A stretch of 64,000 nucleotides of DNA from an uncultured Clostridia bacterium (lineage in GTDB: Bacteria; Bacillota; Clostridia; TANB77; CAG-508): assembly GCA_934168355.1 (NCBI GenBank), contig CAKPNI010000005.1, positions 927 through 64,926 of the forward strand, in the 5' to 3' direction. The notes below the pieces were generated by a model that worked only from the letters and a program-made list of their open reading frames with translations, ran no database searches and was not told the origin of the DNA. Of this stretch, positions 39,118 through 48,003 are shown piece by piece; position 1 is the first letter of the stretch, and every line of letters begins with the position of its first letter. The position numbers were made by a program, and so were the translations under genes.

Positions 39118-40254
39118 ATGTTAAAAAAAGTAGGAATTTTAATTAATGGTGGAGATGCACCTGGGCTAAATGCGGTAATTCGTGCAATAACAAGAACTGC
39201 AGAAAAAAATGGAGTTGAATGCTATGGCTTTATAGATGGATTTAATGGATTATTAAATAACAATTATGTAAAACTTGACCATGAACAAATTACATCAGGA
39301 ATATTACATAAAGGTGGTGCAATAATAGGTTCATCATTGAATTCTAATGTATTTAATTATAAAGTAATAGAAAATGGAAAAGAAGTTTATAAAGATTTAT
39401 CAGAGGTATGTGTGCAAAATCTAAAAAATGATGGAATAGACTGTTTATTTACATTAGGAGGAGATAGTACACAAAAATCTGCAAGAGACTTTTCTTTAAG
39501 AGGAATAAATGTAATAGGTGTCCCAAAAACAATAGATAATGATGTTGCATGTACTGATGTAACATTTGGCTTTAACACAGCAGTATCTGTTGCAACAGAG
39601 GCCTTAGATAGACTTCATACAACTGCAGAAACACATAACAGAATAATGGTATTAGAAGTTATGGGAAGATATGCAGGTTGGATAACACTAGAATCTGCAA
39701 TAGCAGGTGGAGCAGATGTAGCACTTCTTCCAGAAATACCTTATGATATGGATAAAGTAGTAGAAAAAATTCAGGCAAGACAAAAAGCAGGTAAAAACTT
39801 TAGTGTAGTTGTAGTATCAGAGGGAGCATATCCAAAAGGAGGAAGCATTTCTGTAAAAGATACAAGAGAAGGTGGAAAAGGAGTTATAAATATTCAATTA
39901 GGTGGAGCAGGAGATATTGTAGCAAAAGAGCTTGAAAGACGTACAGGTTTAATTTCAAGAAATACAACACTTGGATATATGCAAAGAGGAGGAACTCCAA
40001 CATCAACAGATAGAATATTATCAACAAAATATGGAGCAAAAGCTATGGAACTTGCTTTAGAAGGAAAATTTAATGTTTTAACAGTATTAAAAAATGGAAA
40101 ACTTGATTATGTTTCATTAGAAGATGTAGTTGGAAATAACAAAGTTATAGGTGCAGTAGAAGGCGGAACAGAAGATAGCAATATGAAAGTTGTAAAAATG
40201 GATGATGATTTAATAAAAACAGCAAGAGATATTGGTATTTGTTTAGGAGACTAA
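39118..40254 (+). CDS. pfkA: 6-phosphofructokinase (PfkA family; phosphoryl donor not determined)
   Basis: GGDAPGLNAVIRA, LGGDST, PKTIDNDV, MGRYAGW and GYMQRGG motifs. Confidence 0.85.
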   Translation: MLKKVGILINGGDAPGLNAVIRAITRTAEKNGVECYGFIDGFNGLLNNNYVKLDHEQITSGILHKGGAIIGSSLNSNVFNYKVIENGKEVYKDLSEVCVQNLKNDGIDCLFTLGGDSTQKSARDFSLRGINVIGVPKTIDNDVACTDVTFGFNTAVSVATEALDRLHTTAETHNRIMVLEVMGRYAGWITLESAIAGGADVALLPEIPYDMDKVVEKIQARQKAGKNFSVVVVSEGAYPKGGSISVKDTREGGKGVINIQLGGAGDIVAKELERRTGLISRNTTLGYMQRGGTPTSTDRILSTKYGAKAMELALEGKFNVLTVLKNGKLDYVSLEDVVGNNKVIGAVEGGTEDSNMKVVKMDDDLIKTARDIGICLGD

Positions 40255-40268
40255 AGATATGAAAAAAT

Positions 40269-40305
40269 ATGCCAACATGTTTTTGACAATATGTTGGTAT
40301 TTTTA
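40269..40305 (+). terminator. Intrinsic terminator
   Basis: Stem ATGCCAACAT/ATGTTGGTAT (1 mismatch) followed by TTTT. Confidence 0.55.
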
Positions 40306-40337
40306 ATAAGTACTTTATCAAAAAAGGAATTTATAAG

Positions 40338-41165
40338 ATGGAAAGATATAAACAAATAGAAAGAACAATAATAACAACATATAGAAAACAAATATGGTCG
40401 AAATTTATAAAAGCTATAACAGAATACAAAATGATAGAAGATGGCGATAAAATAGGAATATGTATATCAGGCGGAAAGGATTCAATGCTACTTGCCAAAT
40501 GCTTTCAGGAACTAAAAAGGCATGGAAAAAATAATTTTGATATAGAATTTATTGTAATGAATCCCGGATATAATGAAAAAAATAAAAACAAAATAATAGA
40601 AAATAGCAAAATTTTAGATATTCCAATAACAATGTTTGAAACAGATATATTTGAAAGAGTTGAAAAAATGGAAGACCATGAATGCTATTTATGTGCTAGA
40701 ATGAGAAGAGGATATTTATATAAAAAAGCACAAGAACTTGGGTGCAATAAAATAGCATTAGGGCATCATTTTGATGATGTAATAGAAACTGTATTAATGG
40801 GAATGTTGTTTGCTGGTAAAATGCAAACAATGATGCCAAAATTAAAAAGTACATCACATCCGGGAATGGAACTTATTAGACCACTTTATTTGGTAAGAGA
40901 AAATGATATAATAAGTTGGATGAATTATAATGAATTAGAATTTATAAAATGTGCTTGTAAAATAACAGAAAGGCAAGCAAAAAAACGCACCGAGGGCGGG
41001 AAGACTTCAAAGAGAGCAGAAACAAAAGAATTGATAAAGCAGCTTAAAGAAAAATATGAAAATTCTGATATAAATATTTTTAATAGTACAAAAAATGTTA
41101 ATTTGGATACTATTTTATCATACAAAAAAGATGGAAAAATTATAAACTTTTTAGATGAATATTAG
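40338..41165 (+). CDS. ttcA: PP-loop ATPase, tRNA 2-thiocytidine biosynthesis TtcA-like
   Basis: SGGKDS PP-loop, C.LCARMRRG and HH.DD motifs. Confidence 0.8.
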   Translation: MERYKQIERTIITTYRKQIWSKFIKAITEYKMIEDGDKIGICISGGKDSMLLAKCFQELKRHGKNNFDIEFIVMNPGYNEKNKNKIIENSKILDIPITMFETDIFERVEKMEDHECYLCARMRRGYLYKKAQELGCNKIALGHHFDDVIETVLMGMLFAGKMQTMMPKLKSTSHPGMELIRPLYLVRENDIISWMNYNELEFIKCACKITERQAKKRTEGGKTSKRAETKELIKQLKEKYENSDINIFNSTKNVNLDTILSYKKDGKIINFLDEY

Positions 41166-41177
41166 TTTTTTGCAAAA

Positions 41178-41256
41178 GGACCGTTTCTTTTTCCATTGGG
41201 ACCGTTTCATTTCGCGAAAAGAAACGGTCCCAATGAGAAAAGAAACGATCTTATCG
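41178..41256. repeat. Composite palindromic repeat (units + + - -)
   Basis: The core is ATTGGGACCGTTTCATTTCG|CGAAAAGAAACGGTCCCAAT (41195..41234, 1 mismatch), flanked by partial units. Confidence 0.85.
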
Positions 41257-41270
41257 GAAAAAGAAAGAAG

Positions 41271-42722
41271 ATGGAAAAACAAATGAAACAAATAAATGGA
41301 ACAATATTACAATATTTTGAATGGTATTTAGATGTGCCAGAAGGGCTATGGAACAAAATAAAAAATGAAGCAGAAGACCTAAGTAAACTTGGAATAACGT
41401 CAGTATGGCTTCCACCTGCATACAAGGGAATAAATGGTAAAAATGAAGTAGGATATGGTGTTTATGACCTTTATGACTTAGGAGAATTTGACCAAAAAGG
41501 AACGATACCAACAAAATATGGAACAAAAGATGAATACCTAAGGGCAATAGAAAGCTTAAAACAAAACGGAATAAATGTATATGCTGATATTGTATTAAAT
41601 CATAAAATGGGAGCTGACAAAGAGCAAGATATTTTGGCAAATAAATGTGAATGGGCAGACCACAATAAAGAGGGAGATATTGAAAAAATAAAAGCAGCAA
41701 CAAGATATACATTTCCTGCGAGGCATCATCAATATTCAGATTTTGAGTGGAATTGGACTCATTTTACAGGAATAGATGTAAATAGTGCAACAGGTGAACA
41801 TGCAATTTTTAAATTCAAAGATAAAAAATGGCAGACAAGTGTAGATAATGAGTTTGCAAATTTTGATTATTTAATGGGAGCAGATTTGGATTTTTCAAAC
41901 CGCGAGGTTGTAGAGGAATGTAAAAAATGGGGATTATGGTATCAGAAACTTACTAGAGTAGATGGATTTAGGCTAGATGCAGTAAAACATATATCTTCAG
42001 ATTTTTATAAAGGATGGCTTACATATATAAGAAATCAAACTCAAAAAGAATTATTTACTGTTGGAGAATATTGGTCAACAGATGTAGATAAACTTCATAA
42101 ATATTTAACTGAAGTTGATGGAATAATGTCTTTATTTGATGTGCCTTTACATAATAATTTTTATAATGCATCTACAAATCCTAATTTTGATATGTCAAAA
42201 CTTTTAGATAGAACATTAATAAAAGAAAATTCTGCAAAAGCAGTAACATTTGTAGATAACCATGATACGCAGCCCGGACAAGCCTTGCAAAGTTTTGTTG
42301 AACCTTGGATGAAGCAATTAGCATATGCTACAATTTTACTTAGACAAGACGGATATCCATGTGTTTTTTATGGAGATTTATTTGGAATACCACATTCAAA
42401 TGTCAAACCAGTTGCTATGATTAAGACACTTATGGCTTTAAGAAAGCTAAAAGCTTATGGAAGACAACATGATTATTTTGACCACCCAAACATTATAGGT
42501 TGGTCGCGTGAAGGAGATAATAGGCATTTAGATTCAGGTTTAGCTGTGATTGGCTCTAATTCTTTTGATGCGGAAAAAAGAATGTATGTTGGAACAAGTT
42601 TTGCGGGTGAGAAATTTATTGATTGCTTGGATAACTGCTCTGATGTTATTACTATTGATAGTGATGGATGTGGTGTGTTTAAAGTTAAAGGTAAGAGTTG
42701 TTCTGTTTGGGTGAGAAAGTAA
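41271..42722 (+). CDS. Cytoplasmic alpha-amylase (GH13)
   Basis: NGTILQYFEWY, GFRLDAVKH, EYW and FVDNHD conserved regions, with no signal peptide. ATG at 41271; the ORF-track start at 41196 lies in the repeat. Confidence 0.9.
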   Translation: MEKQMKQINGTILQYFEWYLDVPEGLWNKIKNEAEDLSKLGITSVWLPPAYKGINGKNEVGYGVYDLYDLGEFDQKGTIPTKYGTKDEYLRAIESLKQNGINVYADIVLNHKMGADKEQDILANKCEWADHNKEGDIEKIKAATRYTFPARHHQYSDFEWNWTHFTGIDVNSATGEHAIFKFKDKKWQTSVDNEFANFDYLMGADLDFSNREVVEECKKWGLWYQKLTRVDGFRLDAVKHISSDFYKGWLTYIRNQTQKELFTVGEYWSTDVDKLHKYLTEVDGIMSLFDVPLHNNFYNASTNPNFDMSKLLDRTLIKENSAKAVTFVDNHDTQPGQALQSFVEPWMKQLAYATILLRQDGYPCVFYGDLFGIPHSNVKPVAMIKTLMALRKLKAYGRQHDYFDHPNIIGWSREGDNRHLDSGLAVIGSNSFDAEKRMYVGTSFAGEKFIDCLDNCSDVITIDSDGCGVFKVKGKSCSVWVRK

Positions 42723-42760
42723 ATATTAAGGATACAATAAAAAATAAAGGGGAATAATAA

Positions 42761-43867
42761 ATGAAAGAAATGATAAAAAAAGAAAGAAAATCAAATATTG
42801 AACTTCTAAGAATAATTTCAATGTGTTTAATAATATATCATCATTTTTCTTTAAACTTAGGAATAATAGAAGGCTACGATATAAGTAAAACAATGATTTT
42901 CGGAATTTTGGGAGGAATTGGAGGAAAAATTGGTGTTGCTTGTTACATATTAACAACAGGATATTTTAGTGTAGAAAAAGATTTCAATGTAAAAAGAGTA
43001 TTTAAACTATGGTTACAAATATTTTGTTATTCTGTTGGCTTTATGCTTTTTTTCAGAATAACAGGAATAGAAAAATTAAACAAAGTAGATACAATAAAAA
43101 CTTTTTTTCCATTTGCATATAACCAATATTGGTTTATGACAGCATATTTATATTTGATGATTTTAACACCATTTATTAATAAACTTTTAAATGTATTAAA
43201 ACAACAAGATTATAAAAAAATGATTGTGGTGTTAACAATATTTTTTGTTATAATTCCAACCATTTTTTATTCTGATGGAATGATTGGCAGTACACTAACA
43301 CCAATAGGAGTAATATTGTTTGTATATTTATACATAATTGGTGGCTATATAAAATTATATGGATTAAAATATTTTGAAAATAAAAAAGTTAAAAATATGG
43401 TTTTAATTGTTTTAGGATATGCAATCATAACTTGTTTAGTACTAATAGGGAAAAAATTAGAACAATATAATGCATTTTGGAATGAAATATTTGGATATTA
43501 TAGAGAGCTAAACTCTATTTTTATTTTAATACCATCAATATCGTTATTTTATATATTTAAAGAAATTGACATAGGATGTAACAAAATTATCAATTATTTT
43601 GCTAGTATTAGCTTAGGAGTATATTTGTTTCATGAAAGTAATTTTATGAGATATCGCTTGTGGCATGAAATAATTACAATGGAAAAAATTCAAAGATTAC
43701 ATGGTGGAGTAATTACGGGGCTTGTAATTTCAATAATTGTATTTTATGCTATTACAGCAATTATAGAATTTTTTAGAATTAATTTAATAGAGAAAAATAT
43801 ATTGAAAAGCAAAATAATAAATAAATTATTTAAAAAAATTGATAATTTTATGTCAATACATGCATAA
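42761..43867 (+). CDS. Acyltransferase family 3 integral membrane protein
   Basis: 368 aa with ~10 TM segments. N-terminal IELLRIISMCLIIYHH motif. Confidence 0.75.
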   Translation: MKEMIKKERKSNIELLRIISMCLIIYHHFSLNLGIIEGYDISKTMIFGILGGIGGKIGVACYILTTGYFSVEKDFNVKRVFKLWLQIFCYSVGFMLFFRITGIEKLNKVDTIKTFFPFAYNQYWFMTAYLYLMILTPFINKLLNVLKQQDYKKMIVVLTIFFVIIPTIFYSDGMIGSTLTPIGVILFVYLYIIGGYIKLYGLKYFENKKVKNMVLIVLGYAIITCLVLIGKKLEQYNAFWNEIFGYYRELNSIFILIPSISLFYIFKEIDIGCNKIINYFASISLGVYLFHESNFMRYRLWHEIITMEKIQRLHGGVITGLVISIIVFYAITAIIEFFRINLIEKNILKSKIINKLFKKIDNFMSIHA

Positions 43868-43949
43868 AAATTAGAGATGATTTTATGTAAAGGTTGCCAA
43901 AAAATAAAAAATGTAGTAAAATATAACAATGTAAGAAGAGGTGAAATAA

Positions 43950-45281
43950 ATGTCAAAACCAGTAGTAGCAATAATAGGAAGACCAAATGTTGGAAAATCA
44001 ACATTTTTTAATTATATAGTAGGAAGTAGAATATCAATAGTAGAAGACACTCCGGGAGTAACAAGAGATAGAATATATGGAGAAAGTAACTGGAGAGGAA
44101 GAAATTTTACATTAATAGACACAGGAGGAATCGAGCCAGAAAAAAATGATGTAATATTAACTCAAATGAGACTTCAAGCAAATATAGCAATAGATATAGC
44201 AGATGTAATAATATTTGTAACAGATGTGCGTCAAGGAGTTACAGCAGCAGATGAAGAAATTGCATTAATGCTTAAAAAGTCTAAAAAGCCGATAATACTA
44301 GTATGTAATAAAGCAGACAGTTTTCAAAAATTTCAATCAGACATATATGAATTCTACAACTTAGGAATAGGAGACCCAATGCCAGTATCTGCAAGTAATG
44401 CACAAGGAATTGGTGATGTATTAGATAAAGTTTATGATAATCTTCCAAAAGAAGCAGAGAACGATGAAGATAATGAAAGAATAAAAGTAGCAGTAATTGG
44501 AAAACCTAATGTTGGAAAATCATCATTAATAAATAAAATTTTAGGTGAAAACAGAAATATAGTAAGTAATATTGCAGGAACAACCCGTGATGCAATAGAT
44601 TCATATTTTGAAAATGAACATGGAAAATATACATTTATTGATACAGCAGGAATTAGAAGAAAAAGCAAGGTTACAGAAAAAATTGAAAAATACAGTGTAC
44701 TTAGGTCTTTGTTTGCAATAGAAAGAGCAGATGTATGTTTAATGTTAATAGATGCAAATGAGGGCGTAACAGACCAAGATGCCAAAATTGCGGGAGAAGC
44801 ACATGAGGCAGGAAAAGGTATAATACTTGTTGTAAATAAATGGGATGAATATGAAAAAGATACAGGAACATTAGAAAAATACAGAAAAGCAATATATGAA
44901 AAATTATCATATTTATCGTATGCACCGGTAATGTTTATTTCTGCTAAAACTGGTCAAAGAGTAGATAAATTATTCGGAATGATAAATGATGTGGCAGAGC
45001 AAAATGCTAAGAGAGTTACGACAAGCCAGTTGAATCAAGTTATAAATGAGGCAATTGCGATTGTGCAACCACCATCAGATAAAGGTAAAAAGCTTAAAAT
45101 TTTTTATGGCACACAAGCTTCAACAAAACCACCAACATTTGTTATATTTGTAAATTCAAAGGATTTATTCCATTTTTCATATGAGAGATATTTAGTAAAT
45201 CAAATAAGAAAAGAATTTGGATTACAAGGCACACCTATTAGAATTATTGTAAGAGAAAAATTGGACAAAGACATGATATAA
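43950..45281 (+). CDS. der: Ribosome biogenesis GTPase Der (EngA)
   Basis: Two tandem GTPase domains (GRPNVGKST and GKPNVGKSS) plus a KH-like C-terminus. Confidence 0.95.
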   Translation: MSKPVVAIIGRPNVGKSTFFNYIVGSRISIVEDTPGVTRDRIYGESNWRGRNFTLIDTGGIEPEKNDVILTQMRLQANIAIDIADVIIFVTDVRQGVTAADEEIALMLKKSKKPIILVCNKADSFQKFQSDIYEFYNLGIGDPMPVSASNAQGIGDVLDKVYDNLPKEAENDEDNERIKVAVIGKPNVGKSSLINKILGENRNIVSNIAGTTRDAIDSYFENEHGKYTFIDTAGIRRKSKVTEKIEKYSVLRSLFAIERADVCLMLIDANEGVTDQDAKIAGEAHEAGKGIILVVNKWDEYEKDTGTLEKYRKAIYEKLSYLSYAPVMFISAKTGQRVDKLFGMINDVAEQNAKRVTTSQLNQVINEAIAIVQPPSDKGKKLKIFYGTQASTKPPTFVIFVNSKDLFHFSYERYLVNQIRKEFGLQGTPIRIIVREKLDKDMI

Positions 45282-45299
45282 AAAGGATGTTAAATAATT

Positions 45300-46295
45300 A
45301 TGGAAGAATACGCTGAAAACATAGTGGATATTAAAAGAAGAGAAGATACAAAAAAATTGAAAAGAGATAAAGAAAACAATATTGTTTTATCCAAAAGCCA
45401 ATATGATATTGTAACAGAAGAGACTGGTCAATATGCATCAGCTCATGCGTGGATAGAGTTAAAAAATACTCATACACAATGTTTAATAAAAAATTTTGTA
45501 TATAATAGTACAATGGGAGCATATGATATTTTTATCAAAAACAATGGAAAATCAGGAATAAAGATTTGCAAATATAACAATTTAATTGTTCCCTATATAG
45601 GTTCAGAAGTATTTGGAGTAGATACAGTAAAATATTTTTTTGCAAAGTTTTCTAGGGGAGCTCAAAAAATACCTACAAATCCTAAAATAGAATATTTAGT
45701 AACATTAGATGAAAAAATGCCAGGAGAAGAAGTGTGGGAGGGAGTTAACATACTAATGAGTTTGAATTCCAAAGATACATTTTTATTCTCGGACAGGATT
45801 AAGGAAATAACTAATTTCTTAAAACTAAGAAAAATACCAGCACACAGAATCCAAGAAATAACGGACGAATTTATTAGACAGGAAATTTTTAAAAAATCAA
45901 TAGAATATGTAGACAATCATAATGTAAATTGGTCATTAGGTTTAAATGAAAAAAGAGTTAGACTTTTTCCAGCATATGATTTTGACTTTTGTAGCGGAAT
46001 AGTGGATAAAACACGCAAAGAAACTATATGTGATAATGGATTAACAGATTTAAAATCTTTAATTATTCAATATAAAGAATTACCATGGATGAAAAAATAT
46101 ATAAAAGAAATTGTTCAAAATTACAATATTAAAAAAGTTTTCGAAAAAGCGGAAAAAAAAATGATGGTTAAAATTCCACAAGATGTGAAACAATATTTTG
46201 AAGAATTCTATGCTATTAAAAAGAAAGAAATGGAAATAATTTATTTGGACATATTTAGAGAACCTAAAAAGGGAGATGAAGAAATATGCATCTAA
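45300..46295 (+). CDS. HipA_C-like serine/threonine kinase domain protein (divergent)
   Basis: The catalytic-loop-like VDNHNVNWSL and RLFPAYDFDF resemble HipA D.H.KNFS and RL.P.YD. 331 aa. Confidence 0.45.
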   Translation: MEEYAENIVDIKRREDTKKLKRDKENNIVLSKSQYDIVTEETGQYASAHAWIELKNTHTQCLIKNFVYNSTMGAYDIFIKNNGKSGIKICKYNNLIVPYIGSEVFGVDTVKYFFAKFSRGAQKIPTNPKIEYLVTLDEKMPGEEVWEGVNILMSLNSKDTFLFSDRIKEITNFLKLRKIPAHRIQEITDEFIRQEIFKKSIEYVDNHNVNWSLGLNEKRVRLFPAYDFDFCSGIVDKTRKETICDNGLTDLKSLIIQYKELPWMKKYIKEIVQNYNIKKVFEKAEKKMMVKIPQDVKQYFEEFYAIKKKEMEIIYLDIFREPKKGDEEICI

Positions 46296-46648
46296 TGTTA
46301 AAATGGAAAAGTAAGCTTGGAAATATTTATGATTTAGGAATATTAACCAAAGAAAATGAAAAATATATATTTAAGATAAATCAAAATCAGCTAAAAGAGG
46401 CAATCAATGATGGATGTATGGGAATTGGCAATTTTACTTTACTAAACGAAATAGAAGAATCAAATGTATTATTTGACTTTTTTAAATATAGAATAGTGGG
46501 AGTAAATAGTCCAAAATTGCCGGATTTATTAAAAAAATATAAATTAAAAGAATATGACGATATGGAAATTTTAAAGATAACAAAGGCTGTAAGTGCTAAT
46601 GATAGATATTGGGTAGAAGAAATTCCCCATTTTGGGGCGGTTCTTTAA
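46286..46648 (+). CDS. Small protein translationally coupled to the HipA-like kinase (possible HipS / HipA N-terminal-like partner)
   Basis: 10-nt overlap with the kinase ORF. 120 aa. There is weak resemblance to HipA N-subdomain features (G.L......F.....; LFDFF). The last ~9 codons run into a repeat element. Confidence 0.35.
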   Translation: MHLMLKWKSKLGNIYDLGILTKENEKYIFKINQNQLKEAINDGCMGIGNFTLLNEIEESNVLFDFFKYRIVGVNSPKLPDLLKKYKLKEYDDMEILKITKAVSANDRYWVEEIPHFGAVL

Positions 46649-46686
46649 TGGGGAATTCCCCAACAGAGAACCGTCACCAAATGAGG
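46621..46686. repeat. Repeat element of the CCCCATTT/AAATGGGG subtype
   Basis: ATTCCCCATTTTGGGGCGGTTCTTTAATGGGGAAT followed by TCCCCAACAGAGAACCGTCACCAAATGAGG. This is a near copy of 62021..62086 with the hairpin module flipped. Confidence 0.8.
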
Positions 46687-46695
46687 AACAAGGTA

Positions 46696-46724
46696 TTGAC
46701 AGCTTTCTTTTTTTATAATATAAT
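46696..46724 (+). promoter_or_regulatory. Consensus sigma-A promoter (TTGACA-17-TATAAT)
   Basis: TTGACA at 46696..46701, a 17-nt spacer, and TATAAT at 46719..46724. Confidence 0.7.
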
Positions 46725-46741
46725 GTTAGCCAAAGCTAACA
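46724..46741. promoter_or_regulatory. Palindromic operator candidate (DtxR/MntR-type box) abutting the -10 element
   Basis: TGTTAGC CAAA GCTAACA, a perfect 7-4-7 inverted repeat with the TTAGC/GCTAA half-sites typical of DtxR-family boxes. Confidence 0.55.
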
Positions 46742-46755
46742 AAAGGAGAACAAAA

Positions 46756-47220
46756 ATGATATCAAAAGCATCAGAAGAATATTTGAAAACAATGTATGTA
46801 CTGCAAATTCAAAATAAAGAAATAAGAGTAACAGACATAGCTAATCAAATGAATTTGAGTAAGCCAAGTGTAACAAAGGCGATAAATAATTTAAAAGAAA
46901 ATGATTTAGCTAAATCTGAAACATATGGAAAAATAGAGCTAACAGAAAAAGGGATAGACTTAGCAAAGAAAATATTAGAAGCATATGATATATCTTATGT
47001 ATTTTTTAAAGATGTAATAGGACTAGATGAGGAAGCTTCGAAAAGAGAAGCAGAAAAATTAAAATTAACAATGGAGGATAATACAATAAATAATTTGGCA
47101 AAATATGTACATAAGGTATTAAACTTAAGTGATTTAAATTGTGATTATGACATATCAAAAGAAAGATGCCGTATGTGTCAAAGAAGAACAAAGAAGTCTA
47201 AGGTAGAGGTACTAAAATAA
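46756..47220 (+). CDS. DtxR/MntR-family metal-dependent transcriptional repressor
   Basis: MISKASEEYLKTMYVL... winged HTH (VTDIANQMNLSKPSVTKAINNL). ATG at 46756 follows an AAAGGAGAA SD. Confidence 0.8.
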   Translation: MISKASEEYLKTMYVLQIQNKEIRVTDIANQMNLSKPSVTKAINNLKENDLAKSETYGKIELTEKGIDLAKKILEAYDISYVFFKDVIGLDEEASKREAEKLKLTMEDNTINNLAKYVHKVLNLSDLNCDYDISKERCRMCQRRTKKSKVEVLK

Positions 47221-47242
47221 AACAAAAAGGGAGTAAGTTTAA

Positions 47243-47983
47243 ATGAGTAAAGAGCTTTTAGAAATAAATGATTTATATGTAAATGCAGGAGAAAAAGAAA
47301 TTTTAAAAGGAATAAATTTAAAAATAAATAAAGGAGAAATCCATGTAATAATGGGACCAAATGGTTCTGGAAAAACCACAACAGCAAATGCAATATTAAA
47401 TAATCCAGCATACCAAAAAGAAAATGGTTCTATTATATTTGATGGCGAAAACATAACAAATTTGAAAACAGATGAAATAGCAAGAAAAGGAATATTTATG
47501 TCATTCCAATTACCCGAGGAAATTCCTGGAATAACAGTAACTAATTTTCTAAAATATGCAAGAAACAAGATAACAGGTCAGCCTGTAAAAATATTTAAGT
47601 TTAAAGAAGAAGTAAAAAAACACATGGAAGAACTTCAAATGAAACCTGAATATAGTGAGAGAAGTTTAAATGTAGGTTTTTCTGGTGGAGAAAAAAAGAA
47701 AAACGAAATTCTTCAAATGCTTGTTTTAAATCCTAAACTTGCAATATTAGATGAAACAGATTCAGGACTTGATGTTGATGCAATTAAGACTGTTTCTAAG
47801 GGTGTTGAGATGTTTAAAAACGATGAAAATGCAGTTTTAATTATTACTCATAATACTAAAATTTTGCATAATTTAACACCAGATTTTGTGCACATTTTGG
47901 TTGATGGAAAGATTGTTAAGACTGGAAATGCGGATTTGGCAAAAGAAATTGAGGAAAATGGATATAGAAATTATAAAAAATAA
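47243..47983 (+). CDS. sufC: Fe-S cluster assembly ATPase SufC
   Basis: Walker A GPNGSGKTT, ABC signature FSGGEKKK and Walker B LAILDETDSGLD. Confidence 0.95.
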   Translation: MSKELLEINDLYVNAGEKEILKGINLKINKGEIHVIMGPNGSGKTTTANAILNNPAYQKENGSIIFDGENITNLKTDEIARKGIFMSFQLPEEIPGITVTNFLKYARNKITGQPVKIFKFKEEVKKHMEELQMKPEYSERSLNVGFSGGEKKKNEILQMLVLNPKLAILDETDSGLDVDAIKTVSKGVEMFKNDENAVLIITHNTKILHNLTPDFVHILVDGKIVKTGNADLAKEIEENGYRNYKK

Positions 47984-48003
47984 ATTTCGAAAGGAATTCA
48001 AAA

